Positions 49,731 through 61,890 of a stretch of 64,000 nt of DNA are shown in pieces; the stretch's first letter is position 1; each line of letters begins with the position of its first letter. The DNA is from Mytilus californianus (taxonomy: Eukaryota), in the NCBI RefSeq assembly GCF_021869535.1, contig NW_026262593.1, positions 31,992,001 to 32,056,000 on the forward strand. Direction: 5' to 3'. Under the pieces are notes generated by a model that saw only the letters and a list, made by a program, of their open reading frames with translations, searched no databases and was not told where the DNA came from. The position numbers and the translations under genes were made by a program.

Positions 49731-50608
49731 ATAAAAAGTGTTTACAGAATTTCAAGTTAAGCTTTTCCATTTCCAAATCTTTGAAGATATCAAAAAGAGG
49801 AAGAGGTTTTCTCTTTTGAGTAATGTTAATGACCCCCCCCCCCCGTTCTCTATGGAAGGGTTTACCATGTTTACGTTAAAGCGAAAATAAATACATGTAA
49901 CTGTTACAGACAGATAATGGTATACAATGACATAATATGGTACTTAATTATAAAAAAAAAAGTAAATAAACGTCGAGAAAAATAGAAACATATCTTAATC
50001 TTTGATCCACTTCATTACATGCTACTTGTTAATCAGCGTCTATCCAATTTATCACCCAACACCTGACATTTTTTTTGATAATACCTGTCCTATTTACATT
50101 TTCTGTTTTGATTTTCCGAAAATAGAAATAACGATTTTAAAAATGGCTGTAGAAACAGGAAGTATGATCTAACAATTGAAGGATATTGAAGAATTGAAAA
50201 TGAAAGTAAGTAAATTAATATTGATTGTACAAACAATGGATTTCCAGTTAATGAGTACAGTCACTCTATTTGAGCAACCATATTTCATTTATATGCTGCG
50301 GCAAAGATAAAACAAACTAAACATAATAAACGCCATTTTATTGTTAGTTAGACATTCTAGAACGATCAACGATTCTTTTCCAATATATTCATTCAGAATC
50401 TCATTAGCTGACTGAAGGACTATCGTCCTGGTTTTGGCATTATATAAATACTCTCTCGTTATTATAATATATCATTTTGATTACTCGTTGCTCATTTTAC
50501 CTAGCACACACGTATGCACTATTTTAGATAAAAATTTGGTCGTGCTTTGCTGGTTGTTGAATGTCGAATAAACGTATTTCTTTTTTGATGAACGTGTTTT
50601 ATTGTTTG

Positions 50609-50610
<2 letters not shown>

Positions 50611-50646
<36 letters not shown>
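50611..50646. repeat. (AT)n microsatellite
   Basis: 18 AT units. Confidence 0.95.
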
Positions 50647-50650
<4 letters not shown>

Positions 50651-51227
50651 CGAGAATATCTTCTCTACAAATTATATATTTAGAAATATGCTTGATATGA
50701 CTTATGACCTGCCGACATATTAATAAATGTATTATAAAGTATCGATTCTTTGTATGGTGAATTAATTCCATCAATGTAATTTACATGACTATTATGTCGG
50801 ATTCAGTAGTTTACTTGGCGACATTGAAATCTCGCGTTGGGTTTTTGTTAAGGAAACAGCTATTTTTTGTTGTTGTTGAAGGGCTTGAAAAAAATCTTTA
50901 TCTTGATCACTATTTTCATTGCATCTTTAAAAGAGATAACCATTTTCCAAATAATCTTACAAATTAAGGGGTTGTGCATGTTTTCTTTAATATCGACCAT
51001 TAAAATGTCTCTCTGCGTCTTTTCATCGCAAAGACTCGGACTTTAAAGGACTGTAAAATTCGATAATTTAACGGTATCTCCATTGGATAAATCCGATGGT
51101 CAACTGGTACCAAAGTAAGAATCTATATTTAACGAATCAAAGAATAAAATCCAAGAGAGATACAATTGTACGTAGAACATGAAACCCTTGTGGTTTCTGC
51201 ATCATCAAATTTAGATGGTAAATTATT

Positions 51228-51696
51228 AGTTGATTGATTAGTTAGTTATTTACGCCACTTTCAGCACTATTGTGATATTTCGTGGCGGTCAGTTTTTATA
51301 GATGGAGGAAGCGGAGATGCCCGGAGAGAACCACCGAACTTCGGTAGGAAAACTGACAATCCTAGTCAATTAAGATTGGAGTCGAGAGCACTTGCCACGT
51401 ACGGGATTCGAACACATTACCTCAGTGTTGATAGGCTAGTGATAAAAAAGTTAGACTTCTTATTATGTTTTATCATTAAATAAACTTCTATTACATATTT
51501 ACATATTTTACCATGGGGCATACCTCATAAGTAATGAGTTGTTTTTTTTGGAGATTGGTTAGTAGTTAACCTCCTATATTAGTAAAACAATAAAATCCAT
51601 CTAGATGATAAAAGACAATTGGAATTTTCCGTATAATTGTTATATATTTTTCATTTAACTATTCGACTACTTAGATCACTCGGCCACCTAGGCCCC
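51228..51696 (-). mobile_element. tRNA-derived SINE interrupted by an approximately 220-bp AT-rich insertion (51444-51665)
   Basis: Body matches 62802-63042; the A-box half is displaced to 51666-51696. Confidence 0.8.
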
Positions 51697-52704
51697 TAAA
51701 TGATAAATTAAGACGACAGTTCAAATCTCGTAAACCGACGTAGAAGAGACTAATTCAAGTAACAAACACTGAATGAATCACATGAACTACAAAAGTAGCT
51801 AGACCGGGTTGCATCGACAGGGTAAGCGTCTCCTGCTGGGTATGCATTAACTGCCATGCCATGCAAATCCACACTCCTTCAAAATATCACATTCAGGAGT
51901 AGGACACAATCGGTTCAATGACAGATCAGACAGACTATACTGATATTTAAAGATGGAAGACCGCAGACATGTCAAGTAAAGGGGATTTAATACTTTAAAT
52001 AAGCTTTCAGCAGTCTTTAGCATTCTTCCTTATTATGATAAGTTGTTACTCGTATCAACTATTATCAGAAACAGACCATTGGTCGTTCTTTGCTTATCTT
52101 ATTCATAATTTGTCAACCTTAGCTATATATAGAGGTAATTTAGAGCATGACACAATAACATAAACTTTACTATTGCTACTTATGGAATATAAAAAAGAAG
52201 AAGTCTATTTCTTAAAGATCTTTGATACTCATGGAAGTATGTTTATCTTTCAATGTCTGGTTAAAGTCTTCTTGACAAACTTTCCAATTCTGTTTTAATT
52301 TTTTACGATGTTAGCTTCTTTACCTAAATAGATACAATGATTAAACATCATTATGAACAGTGAAATAAAAATAAAATGATAATGATACTTTTGAATACAT
52401 AAATGTTAAATATTGATTCTCTCGTGACTTGCAAAAGGCAGTCGAAATATACCAAATGGATATTCAAACTAGTAATTCGAAGACAAACTGACAAAGACAA
52501 GGCAAAAAAATGAAAGAGGGCCAAAAGACGACTAACAGTCTACAAAACACAACATAGAAAACTACTGAGCAACATGCACCCAACAAAAATCGAGGTGATA
52601 TCAGGTGCTCCGGAAGGGGAGATCCTTTTCCACATGTTGCAACGCACATATTGGTCGAATATGGGTTCATTTCTCATTTTTTTTTTCATTATGTTCACAG
52701 AAAT

Positions 52705-52912
52705 ATGAGTGATGAAGAAGAAATAGTTGGAAGTGATTTTATAGGATCGGATGATGAAGAGAAATCAGTCGAAGCTCTTGAACTTAAGTTGCAAAAAATC
52801 CTGCAAGAAAAAGAAAAGTTAGAAAAACAGAAGAAAAAAGATGAATTACTGTCAAAAATCAAGCAAGCTGAAGCCGCTCTGTCGAACTTACAGACCTTAG
52901 CTGAACCTTCAA
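52705..52912 (+). CDS. SWIM / 4E-binding-motif gene, coding exon 1 (acidic, coiled-coil; MSDEEEIVG...AEPS)
   Basis: Acceptor ttcacag ending 52700, ATG 52705, donor gtaaga at 52913 (phase 1). Confidence 0.75.
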
Positions 52913-54117
52913 GTAAGATAACAAAAGAAAAAATATATAACAAAAAAAACAACAACCAAAGATCTTTGAGAAATAGACTAAAGTGGTTATTCTGTTTTAG
53001 TTGTTTGTTTTTGCTGCAGCAACCAATCAATACACTGATAACAATTATGAACCTTGATTAAAATAAGTCACTCTGTTTATATTTAAAACACATGTAAGAA
53101 GTTACAGTTAAAACTTCAGTCTGTTCTCTTCATCAGCCAGTACCTAAATATACAGAAAATAAGGTATATCTTTTAGTCGTAAACTAAATTCCAAGACAAT
53201 ATAACACAAACATTGCTTTTGTTAAAATGAACAAACATTACAAGAATATGATATTTTTTATCAAAATTTCCAAAAGGGCTTGGATATGACTATGAGATTT
53301 AAGTGTATTGGTTCACAATGCGAAATAATAATTATCCATTTTGTATGAGTAATGTAAGAACACAAATCATGCAGAATTTCAATTTATAGTTTTTAAAAAT
53401 GTAATAAAAGTCAAAGGTACATATTTTTTTTCTTCATCTAAGCACTTTTGGATTATCTCTTACCACTTCCAAAGTAAAATTTCGATATTCTACGTCCGTT
53501 TTAAATATTCAATATGACTTTGCTATTCAAATAACATTTCCATTTATGAGTAGCAAAAATTTGCATAATATTTGATATTAAAAGATAATTTTTTTCATTA
53601 TTTTATAACTTTTTTATACTTTTAGTATTTCAAGTGTCTTTTAAACTCACCATTTCGACGGTTCGAACTATGTAGCACACAATAATTGAGATTTAAAAAG
53701 TGTGGTTCTTAAGACTGTCTTATCTTAAAGTTATTGCCACTTCTAATGTTGAGATGTGATTTCAGTTCAATTTCCTTTCATGACTATGTCAGAAGATTTT
53801 CTTTTAGGTTGAACATTCTCAAAAGTTCTTATTCATAATACTTCTTTCAAGACAATGTCAAATAAGCTCCAAAGACACTACTGACCAATCCAAATGAGTT
53901 ATGAAAATGCTACATGTATATACTTACAGCATGCACTACATATTTGAAACATATACTGCATGTTATTGGTAATTTTTAACCAAAAGTTTTTTTCTCTTTA
54001 CCAAACATTATTTCATCTGTCTTTATGCACTTTTAGAAACAATAGAAATTTATCAAACAGACACTTCCGAAATCATCATAAAAATAAATGCTTAATCAAG
54101 AAAATGTACAATTGTAG

Positions 54118-54646
54118 AATCTGAAGTCGACTCATGGACAACAGATGAAATAAGGCAGTTCTTTCGAAGAAAAGGAATCATAGTCAAGAACAAACCATTG
54201 GAGCATCTAAGAAAATTGGCAAAGTCTGTAATTGACAGTAAAATCCCTGATCATAAGACAACCGCCCCTTCTGAAATAAGTAAACGAACTATAAATTATA
54301 ACGGAAAAGACCTCACATTTCCAGGTATAAAAGACAAATCGTTATCAAATTGGTCAGATGATATATCATCTTTGCCATCAGTTGATCATGTACAAGCACA
54401 TGCGTACATAATATCGTCTGCTGAGTTCGATCTTGAGCGATTCCGAAATATACAGAAGGAGGATAGCTACTTGTTATATAAAGGAAATGCCATAAAAAAA
54501 TGTAAAGTACATAAACTAGATGAAGGCTTTTGTTATGTTACATGTAATTGTATGTCTAGTAAAAACAGTCAAACGAATTTAGAGGTTGTGTGGACCTTAA
54601 TTCAAAATGATGGATGTATACAGACAGCCGGTTGTTCATGTGATGA
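54118..54646 (+). CDS. SWIM / 4E-binding-motif gene, exon 2 (pre-SWIM module ending in AGCSCD)
   Basis: Acceptor ttgtag (phase 1 match), open frame SEVDSWTTDEIR...WSDDISSLP...TAGCSCD, donor gtaagt at 54647 (phase 2). Confidence 0.85.
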
Positions 54647-56062
54647 GTAAGTTTTTGTTGAAATTGATATTAAAAAAGAGAGGCGGAAGAAACCAAAGGC
54701 ATAGAGTCAAACTCATAAGAGGAAAACGAACCAACAATGCCATTACATATAAAAAAAAAAAACGAAAAAAAAAACGAAAAGACAAACAACAATCTACAAA
54801 CACAACATATAAAAAACTAGAGATTGAGCAACACGAACCCCACTAAAATACGGGGGTGATCTAAAGTGCTCCGGAAGGGTATACACCAGATCCTGCTTCA
54901 CTGGTGTCATCCGTCGTGTTGCGTATGTAAATACAAACCCGATGACTAGTTTAATTTGATATATCACATTCGAGGAAAAGTATGGTGCTTGAATATCATG
55001 AGATGATTAATTATGTAGACGTTCCTACCTTCACTCTGTTTAAGTTTTAATACAATTCCAATACAGAGAGAGATGATACCGAGGCGGCAATCAAATATCA
55101 TAAGTCACAAAAACACAAACTTCACCATTGCAAAACAGAAAAACGTACAAACAAAAAACGACAGTCACCAAAACAATTCACAAAAAAACTAAAGACTGAA
55201 ACTATAAACATTAACCTCACCAAAAACCATATACTCATGTGCCCAAAAAGGGTTAGCAGTTCTTTTCCCAAAAAAGATACCCGTTAGTTTAAATACGTTA
55301 ATGAGTCATAATTGGTAATTAAGCATCATACAGTTGAGGATTAATGAACGTCTCTTCTCTTACCCTAAGCCATTGACAAATGTACAATAGAAGATAATAC
55401 ATACTAGAAATTGTGCAATTAAAACTCCAGGTGATGTTCATATAATGCTTATAAAAGCTGATTATTTGTTGTTTCACGATATACCACAAACGTTGCATTG
55501 TCGACTAGTCAATTCAAATTATTTGTGTAATATCTATATTGAGTAAATTCTGCATACATTATAGGCATATGTGTCTCTAGACATCTGAGTGACATTCGGT
55601 AAAAAAAAAATCTTACTTGAGATAAATTTTAGAAGTAGCAATGTTTTAGAAAATATATACTGGAGAGGCGAAAGATTCCAAAAGGACATTCAAACGCATT
55701 GGTGTGCTATGGTAAAAAATCTTACTGGAGATAAATTTTAGAAGTAGGAGAGGCGAAGGATACCAAACTCATAAGTCGAAAACAAACTGACAATACCATG
55801 GCAAAAAACGAAAATAAAGATAAACAACAGTACATGAAATAAATTACTAAAGAATATCTTATGAATGTAGGAAATTTATGATTTGTTTAAACTTGGATCA
55901 TTTTATTGCCGTATTAATATTATTTATGGGTTATTGTATTCTTTTTAAAAAAGACCAGTATATAATTTGATTAACCTAAATATGTAAAAGCTAAATATGT
56001 ACAGATAAAGTATTAGTTGTGTTAAAAATAATTACTATTTGTTATGTGAATTATTTTGACAG

Positions 56063-56147
56063 GGGTAGTGATTGCTGCATGCATACTATAGCTTTAATGT
56101 TGACCTTAGCATCGTTAAACAAGAGCAATAATTATGCGGCGGATAAG
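56063..56147 (+). CDS. SWIM / 4E-binding-motif gene, exon 3 (EGSDCCMHTIALMLTL...DK), completes CxC-x6-CxH
   Basis: Acceptor tttgacag (phase 2), donor gtaaac at 56148 (phase 0); too short for the ORF track. Confidence 0.8.
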
Positions 56148-57585
56148 GTAAACTTAATCCAAAATCTACGACTATAGTAAGAATATTAATGTTGGTCAAA
56201 ATCTCTAGTTTCTATTACACAAATAAATAACAACATACCGAATTTTGAATTTAACCTTGTATCATATCCTCATTTTGAAATGATGCACGACTTTACGGAG
56301 TATGCAACGTTTAAGTTACTCAAAATAAAAGAAAAGTGACACTTTAAGGGGCACTAGCTGTCAAATTAATGTTCACCGATTAGAAAAAAAATTCTCATAT
56401 TTGATTTATTACATACAAAAACGTATATCTAAATTACAAAAAGTCTAAAATAAACAATTAACAATACATGGACTCAATAATATGTATCAGCATTTCGTGT
56501 GTATTATATCTAATTAACCATATAGATGACATACGAAGACTGCCGATGGTCATATAACTCGATATAAACATAAATATGAATAGAGAGCCATGTGTAATTG
56601 GATATTCTAGGTCTGTTTGATTTCATATTGTAGGTTAAAAAGTATGTTTATCATCGTTTTAACCTGTATAAGAACGATTTTTTGTTGATCGAATCAGTCA
56701 ACCAAATGGTTTATCCTTGTTTCATTTTAAATGTTGAGATTCTTTTCCTTTTAATAGCTGAATACATGCGTAACTCATGTCCAGCGAAGGGGTTGAATTA
56801 AAGGTCACATGAAAACGGATTCAATGAGGTCGAATTATTCACTTGTAAGTGAATAATTCATCAGTGATGTTTCTTAGCTTATTTTGAAAAAAAAGCAAAT
56901 TGGCTGCTAAAAGCGAATCGTTATTTCACTATTTCACTTTCATTAATGATTGAACATTTGTGTCTCGCATCAAATTGTCTTCAACAGCAATGTAGAGTTT
57001 ATAGGATTGAAGTTAAATTGTTGTTAATTCTTAAAGTATATTTATTTAAAATTACTTTAATCAACTTTAACATTTGACTCAAACAAATACAAGAAAAGTT
57101 TTCCATTCCGTTTCTTTGGAAGAATCATCTTTGAATAGTATTTTTCCAACTGAAGATTTTTATTAGGAAGACGAATAGATATAAGAACGATTTTGCTCCT
57201 CAATCTTTTTAAGATAGCTGCAATTATATTGATATCTTAAATAAATATGTGTACATCATTTAAAAATTTGTCAAGCATCAATTTCAAAATTTATATATAT
57301 CTACCTAGAAAAAAGCACTCGTTACAGGGCTAGTAAAACCACCAGGATATATAGGTTGACTAATATATATATAACATCATACGAAATGAGGTTTTACATT
57401 GATTTTAATCTTAAATAGTAATATTGTTAATAACATTTTTTTAAAGCAGCTCAATATTGCAACATACTTAATGAATAGATCTGTATAGTGCAATCAAACA
57501 TGAGTTAGTAGATACAGAGCTATTTCAAGTAAAATGATATACGTAAATAAGTTGTTTAGTGTTCACGGATCTTTTTTGTCTCAAG

Positions 57586-58137
57586 GTACAGCGAGTTGAT
57601 ATAGGGACTAAACTATATGCAAATCGAAGTTTAACAAATCTACAGCATGGTAAAGACGGCTTCTCTAAGACAAATTATCTAGGAGAGGAAATGAAAGAAT
57701 CACGTCGTAATAAAGTCTATACATATCAATCAGAGGGGAGCGAAGAGGAAGAGGAGGCGGCACCAGAAGTATGGGTACCTCCAACAATGCTAGAAAATAA
57801 ATCAGCTATAGCCGATAGAATCAACGAATCACTCAGCAAGCAAAATGACAGATCAAATCCTTTAAGAAAGTCACACAACAATTATACTTTTCAGCGGTTT
57901 GAACCTAATACTTCTGAGAAAGGTAATTTGGATCCTAATTCTCCAAAGCTCCATATGTTGAATGAAAAAAGCACCGGAGATGCAACATCTATAAATCAAT
58001 TGCAGTCCAAGTTTGAAGCTAGACTGACAAAAAGTCCTATTGAAGTAAAAATTGAAGGTGCAGGGAAATCAAGTGAAATATCTGCACACAATCGAGAAAC
58101 GCAACTAAATTCCAGAATTCTTCACAATATCAAAGAG
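57586..58137 (+). CDS. SWIM / 4E-binding-motif gene, exon 4 (low-complexity, S/E/N/K-rich)
   Basis: Acceptor ttttttgtctcaag, 552 nt open, donor gtattt at 58138, phase 0/0. Confidence 0.8.
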
Positions 58138-58159
58138 GTATTTATAAGCATAAAAAATA

Positions 58160-58600
58160 CTCTGATTCAAACAAACTTTTTTTCTGAGACTGACATTATG
58201 TAGATGCTTTTTTTTTGTTTGTTTTTTTGACAACATATTTTTACGTTTGAAGGAGGTGTTTTTCTACAAATAATCGACATTTCAATGGAAGCCAACTTTG
58301 GTCCTCGTCTTGTTGACTTGTATCTATGTTATATGAGACAGACTTCACACAGGAGCATCATAGGTAGACTATAAAAAGAAAGTAACATTTATCTTTTATT
58401 CCACGTGCCCTATATAGATGAATTCCTCCTCTCACTTCACGTAATAATTCAAAGTTAGGTAACTGTTTTAAAAGCATTTATTCCATTGAACTTGAAATAA
58501 AGGATATCACAGATACAGCTAAATTTGACTCCTATGTAGACATATATCTAGAAATTGATTACTAAGTTGAGAACAAAAAACTTTACAAAAGGGGTGATTT
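58160..58600 (+). pseudogene. Degenerate Penelope-like RT remnant in intron 4
   Basis: Similar to 27200-27640. Confidence 0.7.
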
Positions 58601-58670
58601 CAGTATTCAGGTTGAATTGAATTGCATTTCTATAACTATTGTAGAAGTAATTTTCCATTTGAATTTTCAG

Positions 58671-59510
58671 ATTGAAAAACCACGCAAAGAGTCAACCGAA
58701 CCAAAACCCCTTATTCCATCCAGAGAAAATGTACTTAGTAATCTTAAAGAACAATCCATGAAAAGGGATAGGCAACAAACCGTTGGTAAGATTCCTACTT
58801 TGCAGGAAAATGCACTACATTCAAATACTATTAAAACTACTGGAAACGGTGGAATGATATTTAAAAACGTTCCTCTTAAAAGTGGCGAAATAAATATTTC
58901 ACATAAACCAATGACGAATAGCGAGAATCTACCTGTCAACACATGCATTACTATGCCTACTTCATCAAAGTCTTATCCACATGCAACAAGTATAGAACAA
59001 ACAACTGTCCACATACCAGTCACGCCTTCAGTAAGGTCTCAACTGGGATTTGCAAACAAGTACCCATTGCATGTAACGGATCCTCAACAGAAACCTATCT
59101 CTGGATTGGGTTACCCCATGCAAGTTAACTCAACTGCCGTACCAACAGATGTATCTACATATACGACTGGTCAATTACCTAAACCTTCATCATCATATCT
59201 ATACCCTCAGCAGACTATTGCGTCTACTGTTACCCGAGGGTATAATCCGGTTTACCAACCAACGGTACCTGTACCACTTGTTTACCCAGCAGCACCAGTG
59301 TTATTCCCAGCAGAACAACCACATGTGAATTTCATGTCAAATGTTGCTCCAGTTTCAAATCACAATAAACCTCAAGTGATAATGGATCCGCAACCCGGTT
59401 TGTTTGGTCCTCGTTATCCAACAGCATATCCGTATTCTAGTTCAAATGCTTCTTTTCCGACGCCACTGGTGTATCCTTCCGATGAAACAAGAAGTGTTAA
59501 AAACAAACAA
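58671..59510 (+). CDS. SWIM / 4E-binding-motif gene, exon 5 (P/T/S/Y-rich, likely disordered)
   Basis: Acceptor gaattttcag, 840 nt open, donor gtaagt at 59511, phase 0/0. Confidence 0.85.
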
Positions 59511-60332
59511 GTAAGTTCTTAGTGTATTCAAAATTCGTATTATAGAAATAAAACATTTTTAGAGTTCGTAATGCCTAGTAAATTATGCAGCCTGAACCTT
59601 TTTTTAATTTGTTTCTTAGAGACGATTGTTGTATTTTATCACCTTTAATTAACGCAACAAATTTACCAAATAAATTTATTTCAATGATGAATTAAAGGAA
59701 AATGGAAAGGTATCTCAGGTATTACTACTTCGTGCTCGTATTCTACTAAGGGTTCTCCCGTTATAATTGTATTACTTTCCAATATTTATAAAAACAGGAA
59801 ATGCAATTGGATTTCCAATGTAACAACTCGCCAACAAAGAGCAATGAACAAGATTGTAAACAACTTCCCCTCATTACACGGCTTTCAACTATGAGCAAAA
59901 CCTATACCATTAAGTAAACTAGTATATAAAAGTTTTAAGGATTACAAAACGATAAAACATTCAAAAGAGAAGATTCCTGTTAATACTGTAGGAAGAACAA
60001 CTATAACAGACGCCAATAAACAAGAACCGTTTGTCAACAGACTCCTTACCCAGAACAGAAACAAAAAGAACGTAGCTGGCTGAAAATATTGGTGAGCTAT
60101 CAACCGTCCCACATATGGGGACAACTATGATAGCTCTTGTTATACATTTAAATGATATCATTGTTATTGTACAATATGTTTGGTGTCAAATGTTAGACAT
60201 TTTAAAAGACAACTTTAATTATATAAATGTATATTATGTCCCAAAAAAACACATGACTGGAATAAAAAAATGTACAAAAGAAAATTAAGGTATTAAAAAA
60301 TATATGTTGAATTGATGTCGTTTAATTTTTAG

Positions 60333-60504
60333 TCTGTCCATACATTTGATATTGTTGAAACTAATTCTGACGTTCAAAAACCAAAAGTATGCAGAAAAGA
60401 TCGATTCATGACGCCAGCACCAACGTTAGATGAAAATAAAGAGTCCTCAAAACCTTCTCTCTCTGACAGATGTTCGTCAAACACTTCAGTAGCCGCGACG
60501 AAAG
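60333..60504 (+). CDS. SWIM / 4E-binding-motif gene, exon 6 (SVHTFDIVE...AATK)
   Basis: Acceptor tttaatttttag, donor gtacat at 60505 (phase 1). Confidence 0.75.
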
Positions 60505-61750
60505 GTACATTACATATCTTTGATTTTTGTTTTAATTTTCCGGCTCACTCTTTAGTTTTCTATGTTGTGTTTTGTAACTATTGTCTGTCTTTTTGGTCGT
60601 TGTTTGCTTTTTGCGACGGTATTGTCAGTTTGTTTTCGAGTTTTGATTTTGAATATCCCTTTGGTATGTTTCGCCTTTCTTGTGAATATTGAGACTCAAA
60701 AACTATTGGCAAATACATATGGATGTATCGACCCTTATTTGGGTGAATTGAACAACAAAAAAACCCCAAAAAACAACATCAAAAACTAAAATAACAAAAG
60801 AAAACAAAACAAACTCAGATGATTTATTAAATAATTAATAGCTTCTAATGGTGTCGCCTATTATTTGGTATTGTCATATTTGATAACATACCTTGTGATA
60901 AATTTGGTAAACGATTGCAGCTTGGCATTAGACCGGACCTAAACTTAGTAATAGGACATAACATCAAAATCTTATGCAATCCGTTAAAATGATAGGATGC
61001 ACTGTTTTTACATGCAAAATAAGTTATTGAACTCAAATTCGGTACCATCTGGAAATACGTTCTCATACACTTCACGCATTGTCATTGTAAGTGATATTAA
61101 ATCTACGACTGTTTAGCATATATATGAATATTTGCCATATGTCTTACTGGAGGAATCATATGCAGGCATGCTTGAGATATTGACCATTGTTTTTTTTTTT
61201 CTCTTATGAAATCAAGTAACTATAAACTCCGTAAATTGACAAAAGATTAAAGACATGTTTATTTACATGTTTGAATGCATTGCTTGAAATATGTTTTTTT
61301 CTAATGCATTGAACGTTCCATAAGAAGTTTATTTCCGAAAATCGGTACAAATGCAATTATGTAATATAAAAATGTTCATGTATGTGATCTATTGAAAGTC
61401 TCTATTCAACACTTCTTAGTATCAAAAGAGAAGTGGTATAATGCTTATGACAATAGGACGAAGATGTACGCAATTATAGGGCACTGTATGGCATTCGACA
61501 ATGGGCAAGACTAAGACCATATAGAAAACTACGAAAGGCCTTTGAATGACAAGTAGTGAAACAGTTCAAAAGAGAAAACCAACGACCTGATTTATATTCT
61601 TGTATTTCTAGAATGCTTGAATTATCATTTTTAATGTTCAGAATATAATATGGATATATTTCCTTTTTTTTTTTATGTTTCTGAAAGTATTAATTTCTTT
61701 GTGGAAACTAGCAGAAAAAGTGAATAAACATAAGATGATATATTTTTCAG

Positions 61751-61890
61751 TGCAAAGAATAACCTATGATAGAAAATATCTATTGAGACTCCGGAGGTCT
61801 GTGTTTTCACAACGTAGACCAGATAACATTGATCATATACCAGAAATACAAGTAGTTTCGGTAGTAGGTTTTTTATTGTTTAGAGCTTGA
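61751..61890 (+). CDS. SWIM / 4E-binding-motif gene, exon 7 with 4E-BP-like RITYDRKYLL...IPEI; stop TGA at 61888-61890
   Basis: Acceptor atttttcag (phase 1 match); YxxxxL-phi motif at 61765-61785; an internal donor after IPEIQ with further exons cannot be excluded. Confidence 0.75.

Noticed and set aside
56343-56860. Complete TIR element starting TTAA-GGGGCACTAGCTG, with a small gaattattcactt/aagtgaataattc hairpin
   Set aside because: Only one terminus found; treated as an intronic repeat fragment.
57559-59522. ORFs 57559-58203 and 58617-59522 as independent genes
   Set aside because: Their starts and ends lie in intron sequence (polypyrimidine tracts, GT donors, RT remnant); they are internal exons 4 and 5.
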